A stretch of DNA of 64,000 nt from Bacteroidales bacterium (lineage in GTDB: Bacteria; Bacteroidota; Bacteroidia; Bacteroidales; VadinHA17): NCBI GenBank assembly GCA_034002885.1, contig JAVEZS010000008.1, forward strand, positions 6,001 through 70,000, given 5' to 3'. A model generated the notes under the pieces. That model had not been told where the DNA came from. It searched no databases and worked only from the letters and a program-made list of their open reading frames with translations. The position numbers were made by a program, and so were the translations under genes. Positions 9,011 through 19,258 of this stretch are shown here, piece after piece (position 1 is the first letter of the stretch; each line of letters begins with the position of its first letter).

Positions 9011-9892
9011 TTAAAAAGCCGCAGAATCCGTTACTGTGTCCCTGCTTATTTTTTTTATTAGCCCCTGAAGGACCTTTCCCGGTCCGACTTCGGTAAACGA
9101 TGATGCACCATCAGCAATCATGTTCCTTATTGTCTGAGTCCATCTGACAGGAGATGTCAGCTGGGCAACCAGATTTGCCTTGATCGCGTCAGGATCCGTA
9201 GATGGCATAGCATTGACATTCTGATATATACGACAGATGGGCTTGTGAAAAGCGGTGTTCCGTATAGCTTCTTCAAGCTCAATCCTGGCTGGTTCCATCA
9301 GTGGAGAATGAAATGCTCCTCCCACAGCCAATGTCACAGCCATTTTTGCACCCCTGCCTTTCAGAATATCCACAGCAATGGTAACTCCTTCTACTGAACC
9401 GGAGATCACTATCTGGCCCGGACTGTTATAATTTGCCGGTACCACCACACCGCTTATCCCTGAGCAGACCTCCTCTACCACAGAATCATCGAGACCTATT
9501 ATTGCTGCCATGGTTGACGGAGAAGACTCGCAGGCTTTTTGCATGGCAGCTGCCCTCTTTGAGACCAGCAACAGACCATCTTCAAAGGAAATAGCCTTAC
9601 AGGCGACCAGTGCTGAAAACTCGCCCAGAGAATGGCCTGCGACCATTTCAGGTTTTATGGATCCTTCCAGAACCGAGGCAAGTATTGCAGAGTGGAGAAA
9701 AACTGCCGGCTGGGTTACCTTTGTCTGTTTCAGATCTTCATCGGTTCCGGTGAACATCAGGTCGGTTACCCTGAATCCAAGAATTTCATCCGCTCTGTCA
9801 AATAAATCCTTTGCAACCGCTGATCTTTCATAAAGATCCCTGCCCATACCTGTAAACTGCGCACCCTGACCCGGGAAAACATATGCTCTCAT
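9011..9892 (-). CDS. fabD: Malonyl-CoA:ACP transacylase
   Basis: N-terminus FPGQGAQFTGMG, active-site GHSLGEFSAL, 293 aa, typical FabD length. Confidence 0.92.
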   Translation of the reverse strand: MRAYVFPGQGAQFTGMGRDLYERSAVAKDLFDRADEILGFRVTDLMFTGTDEDLKQTKVTQPAVFLHSAILASVLEGSIKPEMVAGHSLGEFSALVACKAISFEDGLLLVSKRAAAMQKACESSPSTMAAIIGLDDSVVEEVCSGISGVVVPANYNSPGQIVISGSVEGVTIAVDILKGRGAKMAVTLAVGGAFHSPLMEPARIELEEAIRNTAFHKPICRIYQNVNAMPSTDPDAIKANLVAQLTSPVRWTQTIRNMIADGASSFTEVGPGKVLQGLIKKISRDTVTDSAAF

Positions 9893-9898
9893 ATTTTT

Positions 9899-10546
9899 CT
9901 AGTGAAGTGTTGAACCTATTAAATGAACAAACTCCTCGCGGGTATTTAGCTGATCGAGGAAAACACCTGTAAAAGCTGATGTAGTTGTTACCGAATGCTG
10001 TTTCTGTACACCCCTTATCTGCATGCACATGTGTTGTGCTTCAATTACCACCGCTACACCAAGAGGACTGAGGCAATCCTGAAGGCAGTCACGAATCTGG
10101 ACAGTAAGACGCTCCTGAACCTGAAGACGTCGGGCGAATGCTTCAACCACCCTGGCGATTTTGCTGAGGCCTGTAATATATCCATTTGGTATGTAGGCAA
10201 CATGAGCCTTCCCGAAAAACGGAAGCATATGGTGTTCACACATCGAGTAAAGCTCTATGTCCTTAACAATCACCATCTGTTTGTATTCTTCCCTGAATTT
10301 TGCCGAATTTATGATTTCGCATGGATTCTGGCTGTAACCCATCATAAGGAAGTTAAGTGCCTTCGAAACGCGAACAGGAGTCTGCTTTAAACCTTCACGG
10401 TCAGGATCCTCACCAATGAGTTGAAGAATCCTGTGATAAAGCGACGCCATCTCATTTATGTTTTCAGCGTTCCACGATTCAATTTTGTTGTATCCGTTTG
10501 AGGATACTCCGCTTCCGTTGTTAACGGTTTCAATTTTTTCAGCCAT
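9899..10546 (-). CDS. folE: GTP cyclohydrolase I
   Basis: [18 protein letters not shown] signature. The ATG at 10546 overlaps the queD stop by 8 nt. The track start at 10555 is a TTG. Confidence 0.9.
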   Translation of the reverse strand: MAEKIETVNNGSGVSSNGYNKIESWNAENINEMASLYHRILQLIGEDPDREGLKQTPVRVSKALNFLMMGYSQNPCEIINSAKFREEYKQMVIVKDIELYSMCEHHMLPFFGKAHVAYIPNGYITGLSKIARVVEAFARRLQVQERLTVQIRDCLQDCLSPLGVAVVIEAQHMCMQIRGVQKQHSVTTTSAFTGVFLDQLNTREEFVHLIGSTLH

Positions 10547-10949
10547 AATATTCAATTGTGTTATTTTCTGTCTCTACTATCTTAATGCTGTGAAGCTCTG
10601 CTCCGGTTTCTTCAATGGCAGGCTTCAGTTCATCCCATATCGCGATTGCAAGATTCTCGCTGGTCGCGATCTTACCTTTCATGAAATCAACTTCGGTGTT
10701 GATGTTCCTGTGATCAAGCTTTTCAACTATCCTCTCCCTGATGATCTCTTTCAGGTCTGCAAGGTTCATGAAGAATCCCGTTTCCTCCGACGGTTCACCC
10801 CTGACCGTAACATAAAGAACATAATCGTGTCCGTGCCAGTTCGGATTGGAGCATTTGCCAAAGACCTTAAAGTTTTTTTCGTCAGACCATTCCTGTCTGA
10901 ACATCCTGTGAGCAGCGCTAAATCTTTCTCTTCTAGTGATGTAGATCAT
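10539..10949 (-). CDS. queD: 6-carboxy-5,6,7,8-tetrahydropterin synthase / 6-pyruvoyl-tetrahydropterin synthase family
   Basis: RFSAAHR and [14 protein letters not shown] motifs, about 136 aa counted from the internal ATG ([10 protein letters not shown]...). The track start at 10973 is a TTG. Confidence 0.85.
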   Translation of the reverse strand: MIYITRRERFSAAHRMFRQEWSDEKNFKVFGKCSNPNWHGHDYVLYVTVRGEPSEETGFFMNLADLKEIIRERIVEKLDHRNINTEVDFMKGKIATSENLAIAIWDELKPAIEETGAELHSIKIVETENNTIEYYG

Positions 10950-11056
10950 CGTTACGGATATTTGATCCTGCAATATTAGCTATTTAACCTGATCTTTTTA
11001 AATCTTAAAACAATATATTTATACCTCTGAAATTTAAACATCAGGTTTTGTATATC

Positions 11057-11740
11057 ATGTCGATAAAATTGCTTTTTGTTGCAGCAACCGAAAAGGAAGG
11101 CCAGGTGGTAAAAAACCTTTCCCGGAAAGGGATGTTCCAGGACACGAAACTCTTTAACTCAGAAGAACCGGACCTTCTTATCACCGGAATGGGAGCGGTT
11201 GCCACTGCCTGGGCTCTTACAGCAAGGCTCAGATCAGGAATCAGGCCTGAAATGATAATCAACCTGGGCTTGGCAGGAAGTTACAGGGATGATATAGTGA
11301 TTGGCGAGGTTGTTGTGCCGGTCACCGATTTTTTTGCTGATTCAGGAATCGATACCCCGGAAGGTTTTTTAACCCTCGCCGAAGCTGGTCTTCACAACCC
11401 TGACCAGTTTCCTTTTACTGGGGAAAGGATCGAAGCAGGCGGAGATCATGTTTCCGCCGTCATTAAAAAATTCAGGCCTGTAAAAGCAGCAACAGTGAAT
11501 ATGGCAACAGGCTCAAGGGAGAGAATAAGGCAAATAAACGGTAAATTCAAACCGGATATTGAAACGATGGAAGGTGCGGCTTTTTTTTACGTTTGCAGCA
11601 TGGAGAAAATACCTTTTATTGCCCTGAGGGTTATCTCAAACAAGGTGGAGCCAAGAAACAAAGACAAGTGGAATATTCCGTCGGCCCTCGCTAATCTGGA
11701 AGAAAGGATCCCTGAACTTATAAAGCTTTTATGCATATGA
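11057..11740 (+). CDS. mqnB: Futalosine hydrolase (nucleosidase family, menaquinone via futalosine)
   Basis: PNP_UDP-type nucleosidase fold cues (FVAATEKE, TGMGAVATA, ETMEGAAFF, LRVISN). About 227 aa. Its stop overlaps the mqnD start (ATGA). Confidence 0.7.
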   Translation: MSIKLLFVAATEKEGQVVKNLSRKGMFQDTKLFNSEEPDLLITGMGAVATAWALTARLRSGIRPEMIINLGLAGSYRDDIVIGEVVVPVTDFFADSGIDTPEGFLTLAEAGLHNPDQFPFTGERIEAGGDHVSAVIKKFRPVKAATVNMATGSRERIRQINGKFKPDIETMEGAAFFYVCSMEKIPFIALRVISNKVEPRNKDKWNIPSALANLEERIPELIKLLCI

Positions 11741-12597
11741 GACTTACTCTTGGTTTTTCACCCTGCCCCAACGATACATTCATTTTTGATGCAATGATCA
11801 ACGGCAGGATAGATACTGAAGGACTGGAATTTGATTATCAGCTTTCAGATGTTGAAGAACTTAATAAAATGGCATTCGGAAACCATCTTGATATTACCAA
11901 GATCAGCTGCCATGCCTATGCATATGCCTCCGGCTCTTATATTATTCTTGACTCAGGAAGCGCCCTGGGTTACGGCAACGGGCCTCTCCTGATTTCCGGA
12001 AAGGAAAGCGGGATGGAGTTTCCAGAGGAAATGAGGATAGCTATACCCGGAAAATATACCACTGCAAACCTTCTGTTCAGCATAGCCTGGCCTGAAGCTG
12101 AGAACAAGAAGGAGTACCTGTTCTCGGATATACCCGATGCGATTCTGGCAGACGAGGCTGATGCCGGGCTGATTATACATGAGACACGCTTTACATACCA
12201 GGATAAGGGGCTTGTGAAGATAGCCGATATGGGCGATTACTGGGAAAAACTTACAGGACTCCCTATTCCACTTGGAATGATAGTTATCAGAAGAAACATA
12301 AATGAGGCCACAGCCCTTAAGGTAAACAGGATCCTTCGAAGGAGTGTTGATTTTGCAATGAAGAATCCCCGGACTTCCTCAGGCTTTGTAGCCGCGAATG
12401 CCCGTGAACATGACAAGAGTGTTCTTGACAGCCATATCGGTCTCTTCGTGAACAGTTTTTCTCTTGAACTGGGGAAAATCGGCAGGAGTGCTATTTCTGA
12501 ACTTTACAGGATAGCCTCGGAAAAAAAGGTCATTCCTCACGTACCTTCTGAAATTTTCCTGTCAGAGGATGGCGGGAATGAGCCACGGATTGACTAA
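11737..12597 (+). CDS. mqnD: 1,4-dihydroxy-6-naphthoate synthase (MqnA/MqnD family)
   Basis: N-terminus RLTLGFSPCPNDTFIFDAM is typical of MqnD, and the length is about 286 aa. MqnA cannot be fully excluded by eye. Confidence 0.68.
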   Translation: MRLTLGFSPCPNDTFIFDAMINGRIDTEGLEFDYQLSDVEELNKMAFGNHLDITKISCHAYAYASGSYIILDSGSALGYGNGPLLISGKESGMEFPEEMRIAIPGKYTTANLLFSIAWPEAENKKEYLFSDIPDAILADEADAGLIIHETRFTYQDKGLVKIADMGDYWEKLTGLPIPLGMIVIRRNINEATALKVNRILRRSVDFAMKNPRTSSGFVAANAREHDKSVLDSHIGLFVNSFSLELGKIGRSAISELYRIASEKKVIPHVPSEIFLSEDGGNEPRID

Positions 12598-12602
12598 TTT
12601 TG
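12595..12602 (+). promoter_or_regulatory. Candidate Bacteroidota -7 promoter box (TAATTTTG) for the SOD gene
   Basis: Exact match to TAnnTTTG, 52 nt upstream of the sod ATG, overlapping the mqnD stop codon. Confidence 0.35.
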
Positions 12603-12653
12603 ATAAATGAATAGTTTTCCGGCAGTTTTATTTAATCCTAAAATCTGAAGATC

Positions 12654-13232
12654 ATGACATTTGATTTGCCTAAACTTCCTTACGATCGTGATGCTCTTGT
12701 GCCATTTCTTAGTGAAGAGACTCTTGAGTTTCATCATGGCAAGCATCATCAGGCCTATGTTAACAATATCAACGGACTTATTCCCGGTACCGAATTTGAA
12801 AACGCTACTCTCGAAACAATGATCCAAAAGGCTGATGGCGCAATTTTCAACAATGCCGCTCAGGTATGGAACCATACCTTCTTTTTTGAAGCACTGTCAA
12901 AAAACGGAGCCGGCGCTCCTGACGGGGCTTTGGCAGAAGCAATTCTGAAGTCGTTCGGATCGTTCGACTCGTTCAGGGAGCAGTTTACAAAAGCTGCAGC
13001 AACTCTTTTCGGGTCGGGATGGGCATGGCTTGCACAGAAGGAAGACGGATCACTGACAATAATGCAGGAATCGAATGCCGGCAACCCCCTCAGGAAAGGT
13101 TACAAACCTTTGCTTACCTGTGATGTCTGGGAGCACGCCTATTACATCGATTACCGCAACAGGAGGCCTGATTATATCAAGTCCTTCTGGGAAATTATCG
13201 ACTGGGACGTCGTTTCAGCCAGATGTATCTGA
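12654..13232 (+). CDS. sodB: Superoxide dismutase, Fe-type (Fe/Mn family)
   Basis: PKLPYDRDALVPFLSEETLEFHHGKHH, FNNAAQVWNHTFF (Fe-type Gln position), DVWEHAYYIDY. Confidence 0.92.
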   Translation: MTFDLPKLPYDRDALVPFLSEETLEFHHGKHHQAYVNNINGLIPGTEFENATLETMIQKADGAIFNNAAQVWNHTFFFEALSKNGAGAPDGALAEAILKSFGSFDSFREQFTKAAATLFGSGWAWLAQKEDGSLTIMQESNAGNPLRKGYKPLLTCDVWEHAYYIDYRNRRPDYIKSFWEIIDWDVVSARCI

Positions 13233-13237
13233 TATCA

Positions 13238-13258
13238 GAGGGCACTAGGAGTGTCCTC
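13238..13258 (+). terminator. Hairpin just after the sod stop (9-bp stem with one G-U, 3-nt loop, no U-tract)
   Basis: GAGGGCACT-agg-AGTGTCCTC, 6 nt after the TGA, lying between convergent genes. Confidence 0.3.
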
Positions 13259-13428
13259 CTACAATTATCCTCATCATTCTCAGATTAAGGATAAAGAACA
13301 TAACTATCTGCTTAAGTATGCACCGGCGCCAGAATTTTGTCGCCTTTGTGGGAACTGGCGGATACGCCTCTTCATTGAATCCCCTGACTATGTTTTTTGC
13401 CATTGCTGAAAGTGTTTCAATTGATATT

Positions 13429-14886
13429 TTACTCCGGGAGCAGCCACCAGAAGGGATAGCCTTTTGCTTTGTGAAGGAAGAGATAATGAAGAAGAAGCTT
13501 TATCCAGTGTCCGGCCAGGCCGATCTCTCCAACAGTGTAACTCAGATCTCTTCCCCACTCGGGATATTTCTCCCAGTCGGGAACAATAGGGAAGACAGTC
13601 ATGGCGGCTGCCTGACCCTTTAGCATGCTGAAACCGGCTGAAACGATACAGGCAGCTCCCATCTTTCCCATGGAAGCCTTATGGTGCAGATCAGTCCTTC
13701 CCTTGTTAATCATCTCTGTTATGTTCTGTGCAACAATCTTTCCTGTTACTCCTGATGGCATACCTGTCCGTGGAGGAGCAGGGGTTATTACTGTACCGTT
13801 GGGACTTACCATGGGTTTTGATATCTGATGAGGTGGAGCAAAGGCAATACCGGGGGCAAAATGGTTCTTGTAGACGGGATTCTGATAAACAGAGGGCCAG
13901 TCTTCCACACTCCATTCCTCGAAAGGTTTTACAGAATAATCGGCATCAACTTTCATGAACCCTGACGGGGCGAAAAGAACACTTGTAATATCTTCTCCTT
14001 TCCTGTTGAAAGCTTTCATCCCTGCTCCGGAAAACGCCGGGATCAGCATAGCAAAATCAAAAGTCTCTGTCTTTTTTTCGCCCTGCAGATTCTCGTAGTG
14101 AACAAGGCCTTTTTCAACTTTTGTCACACCTGCCCGTTTTATCCAGCGTATACCGTATTCGGCCAGAACAGATTCGCTGAAGACCTTTGTCGATGTGATG
14201 TAACCGCCCCTTTTCACAAAGGCTCCGCCCATTCCAAAGTCACCAACCTCATACTCGTTCGAAATCCAGACCATTTCGGCGTTGCGCTGAAGCCCCCTTT
14301 TACGTATCTCGTAAGCGACATTCAGGGCATATTCAAATGCTGCTCCCTGACATGTTGCTAGAGGATGGCCTGTTCCGATAAGGAATTTCACCTTTTCTCC
14401 CTTTTCCATCTTCTCAAAGCACGATCTCAACTCATTCCATGTTGCTTCAGCATGATCGCATGAACAGACAGAATGGGTGAACCTGCCCGGACCAAGCCCT
14501 TCTGTGGCCTCGAAATTAAGCCTGGGTCCTGTTGCATTCACAAGAAAGTCATATTCAATCTTTTTTATTTCTCCCTTGAGCGAAGGATCAGTGTATTCGA
14601 TTGTTACGTACGGAGAAGTGTTTGTCTCATCACCTTCAGGAAAAAGAGTCAGCGCCTTTGCCTGTTCAAAGCGGATACCCCACCTTTTGTAAAGTGGCCT
14701 CAGGTCGAACCTTACCTGACTGACTTTCATTTTTCCGATACCGACCCAGATATTGGAAGGAATCCACTGGTAATAAGCTGAAGGAGAAACAACCGTAACC
14801 TCATGTTTTTTTGGCAACTTACGGCGGAGGATTGCTGCGGCCGTATGACCGGCGATACCTGCACCAAGGACTACAACTTTAGCCAT
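13429..14886 (-). CDS. Sulfide:quinone oxidoreductase-like FAD-dependent pyridine nucleotide-disulfide oxidoreductase
   Basis: N-terminal Rossmann VVVLGAGIAGHTAA. Cys-containing segments HSVCSCDHAE and GAACIVSAG lie at SQR-like positions. Hydrophobic/amphipathic C-terminus (HWIKLLLHYLFL...FWWLL). Confidence 0.6.
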   Translation of the reverse strand: MAKVVVLGAGIAGHTAAAILRRKLPKKHEVTVVSPSAYYQWIPSNIWVGIGKMKVSQVRFDLRPLYKRWGIRFEQAKALTLFPEGDETNTSPYVTIEYTDPSLKGEIKKIEYDFLVNATGPRLNFEATEGLGPGRFTHSVCSCDHAEATWNELRSCFEKMEKGEKVKFLIGTGHPLATCQGAAFEYALNVAYEIRKRGLQRNAEMVWISNEYEVGDFGMGGAFVKRGGYITSTKVFSESVLAEYGIRWIKRAGVTKVEKGLVHYENLQGEKKTETFDFAMLIPAFSGAGMKAFNRKGEDITSVLFAPSGFMKVDADYSVKPFEEWSVEDWPSVYQNPVYKNHFAPGIAFAPPHQISKPMVSPNGTVITPAPPRTGMPSGVTGKIVAQNITEMINKGRTDLHHKASMGKMGAACIVSAGFSMLKGQAAAMTVFPIVPDWEKYPEWGRDLSYTVGEIGLAGHWIKLLLHYLFLHKAKGYPFWWLLPE

Positions 14887-15079
14887 AACTTTATTTTTTA
14901 GCAGGAAGTTCTTTCAGGTAATTTAGTTATATCAAATCTAACTAAAAAATATCGAAATGTTAAAGATCATTAAAAGAATAGATGAATATTTTTACAATCA
15001 ATTTACTTCCGGATGATGAATGTATTTTCACATTGAAAATGTCAGAACGGAACTTTATGGGTTTATAAAAAAACAGGAA

Positions 15080-16642
15080 ATGAAGAAATCAATATTCTCA
15101 ATCGCTTTGTTATTAATACTGGTTTCAGGTGCCGAAGCACAGCGCCAGGATGTCGTTGACAGGATAATTGAGCTGGGCTGGACTGACAACCGCAGCATGC
15201 ATCATCTCGACGTAATATCAAACAGATTCGGAGGAAGGCTTGTTGGTTCCGATGCATACGAGAATGCCGCTTTATGGTGTGCTTCGGAATTCCGTAAGTG
15301 GGGTATGGAAGTTATTATGGATGAAGCCGGAACCGTACCAGTCGGATTTAACAGAGGACCATGGTTTGGCAGGTTACTTGCAGAAAACGGAATGGTACTT
15401 CACTTTGCTACTCCCTCGTATACTTCCGGAACAAAGGGACTGCAAAGGGGACATGTACTCATCGAGCCTAAAAACCAGGCTGAGTTCAACAGTATGAAGG
15501 GAGCACTTAAGGGTGCATGGGTCCTTATCGGAGGAAAAAATGACGGCTGGCCTGTCGACTGGTCACCAAAAGCCGATTCGGCAAGAGCAGAAATAATTGC
15601 TTACAACGATTCGATAGGAACATTAAACCGAGAGATAATGAGGCAGAACTATGCAGACCGGACCGCCCCCCCGAAAGACCTTATTCCCCTTAAGCAGGAA
15701 CCTGCCCTGTTTTACAGGCAGATGTGCGAAGCCGGAATACTTGGAGTAATTCAATCATCTTCAGTACCTATCAGAGCCCTTTATGACAGGAAGAACCTCG
15801 GCAGGATGACGTTTGAGGCTCTTCCTGAGGTTTGCGACATAAAACTCGACGAATCGCAGTTTGCAGTTATTGAGAAAATGGCACAAGAGAGAAGATCATT
15901 CCTTCTCGAATTTGATATACGTAACCATTTCAAGCCCGGACCTGTGAAATACCATAACGTTATTGGTGTTATTAAAGGAAGTAAGTATCCGGATGAATAT
16001 GTCATGCTTGGCGGTCATCTTGATGCTTATGATGTGGCGACAGGGGGAGTCGACGACGGTTCGGGAGTGACACCTGCAATGGAAGCGGCCCGGTTAATTA
16101 TGGCTGCAGGAGGAAAACCCAAAAGGACAATACTGGTGTGTCTCTGGGCCGCAGAGGAATTCGGTCTGTTAGGGTCAAAACACTGGGTTGAGACAAACAA
16201 GGATAAACTATCGAGGATTTCGAACTACTTCAACCGCGACGGTGGCCCCACAGTGGCATCGGGATTGAACGTCCCCGATGCCATGTACGACGATTTCGAG
16301 AAGATCTGCAAACCACTTGGCAGCATCAACCCCGACTTTCCCTTCACCCTTACCAGAAACACCAATCCTCCCAGGCCCAGGCCAACAACAGCAGGAGGAT
16401 CTGATCATGCTCATTTTGCCATGAACGGTGTGCCTACCCTTTCATTCGATGTCCCGGATGCCTTAGGCTATAACTTCAGTTACCAGGAAATATGGCATAC
16501 CGAGAACGATCTTTACACCAAAAGTATCCCCGAATACCAGGAGCATACTTCAATAGTTCAGGCTGTTGTAGTCTACGGCCTTGCAAATCTCGATCACCTT
16601 CTTTCAAGAAAGGGCCTTTACCTCGAGGAAGGCAGCAAATAG
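15080..16642 (+). CDS. M28 family metallopeptidase (secreted)
   Basis: Signal peptide MKKSIFSIALLLILVSGAEA. Metal-ligand motifs GGHLDAYDVATGGVDDGSG and AAEEFGLLGS. The track start at 15020 is probably too far upstream. Confidence 0.8.
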   Translation: MKKSIFSIALLLILVSGAEAQRQDVVDRIIELGWTDNRSMHHLDVISNRFGGRLVGSDAYENAALWCASEFRKWGMEVIMDEAGTVPVGFNRGPWFGRLLAENGMVLHFATPSYTSGTKGLQRGHVLIEPKNQAEFNSMKGALKGAWVLIGGKNDGWPVDWSPKADSARAEIIAYNDSIGTLNREIMRQNYADRTAPPKDLIPLKQEPALFYRQMCEAGILGVIQSSSVPIRALYDRKNLGRMTFEALPEVCDIKLDESQFAVIEKMAQERRSFLLEFDIRNHFKPGPVKYHNVIGVIKGSKYPDEYVMLGGHLDAYDVATGGVDDGSGVTPAMEAARLIMAAGGKPKRTILVCLWAAEEFGLLGSKHWVETNKDKLSRISNYFNRDGGPTVASGLNVPDAMYDDFEKICKPLGSINPDFPFTLTRNTNPPRPRPTTAGGSDHAHFAMNGVPTLSFDVPDALGYNFSYQEIWHTENDLYTKSIPEYQEHTSIVQAVVVYGLANLDHLLSRKGLYLEEGSK

Positions 16643-16666
16643 TTGAATAAATTAAGACAAAAGGAA

Positions 16667-17239
16667 ATGCAGCTGAAAGATCTGATTTACAGGACACGGT
16701 CGTATCGTAGATTTCATGAGTCTTTTCATGTTGACCGTCATGAGCTTGAAAATCTGGTCGATATGGCCAGGATGTCGGCATCGGCCGCCAACAGGCAGCC
16801 CCTGAAGTATCTGATTAGCAATACTCCTGACCATTGCGAAGCCATCTTCAAACACCTGGCCTGGGCAGGCTACCTTAAGGACTGGGATGGCCCGGCCCCG
16901 GGGGAACGACCTTCGGCCTATATAATAATACTGGGCGACAAATCAATAACTGAATCATTCAGCGTTGATCATGGTATTGCTGCCCAGAGTATAATGCTTG
17001 GGGCTACCGAGGCAGGATTGGGAGGCTGCATGATCGCATCAATTAAAAAAGAAGCCCTGAGAAGAGACCTGAAAATTGGGGAACAATATGAAATTCTGCT
17101 TGTGCTGGCACTGGGAAAGCCAGCTGAAACAGTTATTATAGATACTTTAAAAGGAGATGATGTGAAATACTGGCGTGACGACAAGGACAATCACCACGTT
17201 CCAAAGAGAGCTCTTGACGATCTGCTTATAAAAGAGTAA
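16667..17239 (+). CDS. Nitroreductase family protein
   Basis: IYRTRSYRRF and SAANRQP motifs, about 190 aa. ATG at 16667; the track start at 16643 is a TTG directly after the upstream stop. Confidence 0.8.
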   Translation: MQLKDLIYRTRSYRRFHESFHVDRHELENLVDMARMSASAANRQPLKYLISNTPDHCEAIFKHLAWAGYLKDWDGPAPGERPSAYIIILGDKSITESFSVDHGIAAQSIMLGATEAGLGGCMIASIKKEALRRDLKIGEQYEILLVLALGKPAETVIIDTLKGDDVKYWRDDKDNHHVPKRALDDLLIKE

Positions 17240-17252
17240 TTTTATCCCTGTT

Positions 17253-17978
17253 ATGAGGACAGTCCGGTTCATTTTCATTGTGTCCCTGATCCTGTACTGT
17301 CAGAATATGGCGGGCCAGGCCGTTGCATCAGGTGAACGACGATTCCTTTTCAGCGGCATTATAAGGGATGCAGGTACATTGAGCCCTTTGTCAGGCTCCC
17401 AGATTATCGTTAACAGGAAATATGCGGCTGCAAGCGCTGACGACGGCACCTTTATGCTGGGTGTAAATATCGGGGATACCGTGGTTTTTACCATGCTTGG
17501 CTACAGAGCTGAAACTTTCTATGCGATAGATTCGCTCCGGGGAAGCGAATTCATGGCAGGTATCTATCTGAATGCCGATACCCTGTCGATCGGAGAAGTT
17601 ATCATTTTGCCACGGATGGCTTCGCTGAGATCCGAAATGATGAAGCCCGCGGTTTCAACCACACCTGAGATGGAAAATGCAAGATACAATGTCGCTGTTT
17701 CCGCATATCAGGGCAGGATGGCTGTTAACCAGCTGGGTGACCCTTCTTCAAACTACGCAATGATCCACAGACAGAATATTATAAACGCATTCGAAAAGGG
17801 AGGGATTCCTTCAGACAGGATTGCGGGGCTAAGTCCAGTCTCGTTGATAGGAATAGTCTATATCCTTCTAAACGGTTTCCCTGAAAAGCCTTCTCCCATG
17901 AAGCCAACCCTTACCAGGCAGGAACTCGAGCAGATACACAAAAAATACATGGAAGAACAGTCTGTGAAGGATAAATAA
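17253..17978 (+). CDS. Secreted hypothetical protein with CarboxypepD_reg-like domain
   Basis: Signal peptide, then SGIIRDAGTLSPLSGSQIIV...DGTFML...GDTVVFTMLGY, which resembles the carboxypeptidase regulatory-like beta-sandwich. Confidence 0.5.
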   Translation: MRTVRFIFIVSLILYCQNMAGQAVASGERRFLFSGIIRDAGTLSPLSGSQIIVNRKYAAASADDGTFMLGVNIGDTVVFTMLGYRAETFYAIDSLRGSEFMAGIYLNADTLSIGEVIILPRMASLRSEMMKPAVSTTPEMENARYNVAVSAYQGRMAVNQLGDPSSNYAMIHRQNIINAFEKGGIPSDRIAGLSPVSLIGIVYILLNGFPEKPSPMKPTLTRQELEQIHKKYMEEQSVKDK

Positions 17979-18071
17979 GGATGGACTGTCAATCGCAGAC
18001 ACGGGAAAGTAGGTACAAGGATTGGGTACTGAGCCTGAATATCTGGAATATATTTTTTAAAACAATATCGG

Positions 18072-18983
18072 TTATCCCTTGTAGAATATGGCTTTAATAA
18101 TGTCGGTTGCCATTTTCGGGTTTTCCTTAAGCCTTCTTGTACAATATCCAAACCATTTCACGCCGTAAGGAACATACACCCTCATAACATGTCCGTCATT
18201 AACAATGCTTTCTCGAAGTCCCGGCGTAACTCCGTAAAGCATCTGGAATTCGTACATATTACCTGGAACATTGTACTTTTTTATCAGTTTGAAGGCACCC
18301 TCAACAAGAGGCTTGTCGTGCGTGGCAATACCGGCATACATCCTGTTCTGGAACATATATTCAAGATCTTCAAGGTAATGCTTGTTGATCTCTTCGTATT
18401 TCTTGTAGGAGATAGCTTCGGGTTCAATGTAAATTCCCTTGCATAACCTGAAATTAAGGGGATGGGTTTCATCGTTCAGTTCCGAGAGGGCCTTAAGATC
18501 ATCAAGCGTCCTTTTCAGATAGGCCTGAACAACAAGGCCTACATTGGCCGGGAACTCTTTCCTTAGCTTTCGGAAAAGCTCGATCTCAAGGTCTGTGCAG
18601 GGAGAATCTTCCATATCGATCCTGATGAATCCCCTGTATGAAGCTGCTTTCTCAACAATTTCCCTTACATGCCTGTAGCATACCTCCTTGTCGATGAGAA
18701 GACCAAAGCTCGTAGGCTTCAGTGAGAAATTGCCATCGATCCCTTCCCTGTTCGATACATCGATAAGGTTCAAATACTCATTCTTGTTCTCTTCCGCTTC
18801 TTCGAGTGATGTTATGAATTCACCAAGCACATCCAGGGTAACTTTTATCTTTTTCCTGTTTAGTTCTTTTGAAACCCTCATTGCATCTTCGATGGTTTCG
18901 CCTGAGATATAGGATTTTGAAAAAAGCCAGATGAATTTCTTCGGAAACCAGGGGAGAATTGCTGCAATAAATTTATTAAACAT
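18072..18983 (-). CDS. Proline dehydrogenase family protein (stand-alone)
   Basis: 303 aa, with GIATHDKPLV and YEFQMLYGV motifs of the PutA proline dehydrogenase barrel. Confidence 0.78.
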   Translation of the reverse strand: MFNKFIAAILPWFPKKFIWLFSKSYISGETIEDAMRVSKELNRKKIKVTLDVLGEFITSLEEAEENKNEYLNLIDVSNREGIDGNFSLKPTSFGLLIDKEVCYRHVREIVEKAASYRGFIRIDMEDSPCTDLEIELFRKLRKEFPANVGLVVQAYLKRTLDDLKALSELNDETHPLNFRLCKGIYIEPEAISYKKYEEINKHYLEDLEYMFQNRMYAGIATHDKPLVEGAFKLIKKYNVPGNMYEFQMLYGVTPGLRESIVNDGHVMRVYVPYGVKWFGYCTRRLKENPKMATDIIKAIFYKG

Positions 18984-19258
18984 TTTACCTACTTTTTTTA
19001 ATTATTTCAAGCAAACGAATTTAAATGGCAAATATATATATACCAGAGCGAACACAAATAAAAATTATTTAACCCCGTTATTAAATGACCTTTGTCACAA
19101 ATCAGTTATGATTTACAGCATGGAAACTGATACGAAAATCATCAGAGGCTCTCTGATCGGGTGTTTGTTTAATCTTCCTTCTAAAAAAACAGGGCTGATT
19201 ATATCAGTTTTTAATAATTACTGCGTTTATATAGCTGGAAGAATCAAATACTTTTCAG

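Noticed and set aside
9006-9013. Convergent genes (paralog 2 and fabD) whose stop codons are separated by only 2 nt, with no terminator
   Set aside because: Tight tail-to-tail packing is common in compact bacterial genomes, and nothing further is supported by the sequence.
10458-10979. 173-aa plus-strand ORF spanning the folE/queD junction
   Set aside because: It is antisense to two well-supported genes, and its hydrophobic, low-complexity translation is typical of a shadow frame.
19138-19175. Hairpin ATCAGAG-gct-CTCTGAT followed by a T-rich stretch in the proline dehydrogenase / porP intergenic region, as a possible small RNA terminator
   Set aside because: There is no upstream promoter-like element or conserved structure that I can support, and a 7-bp stem in AT-rich DNA is weak evidence.
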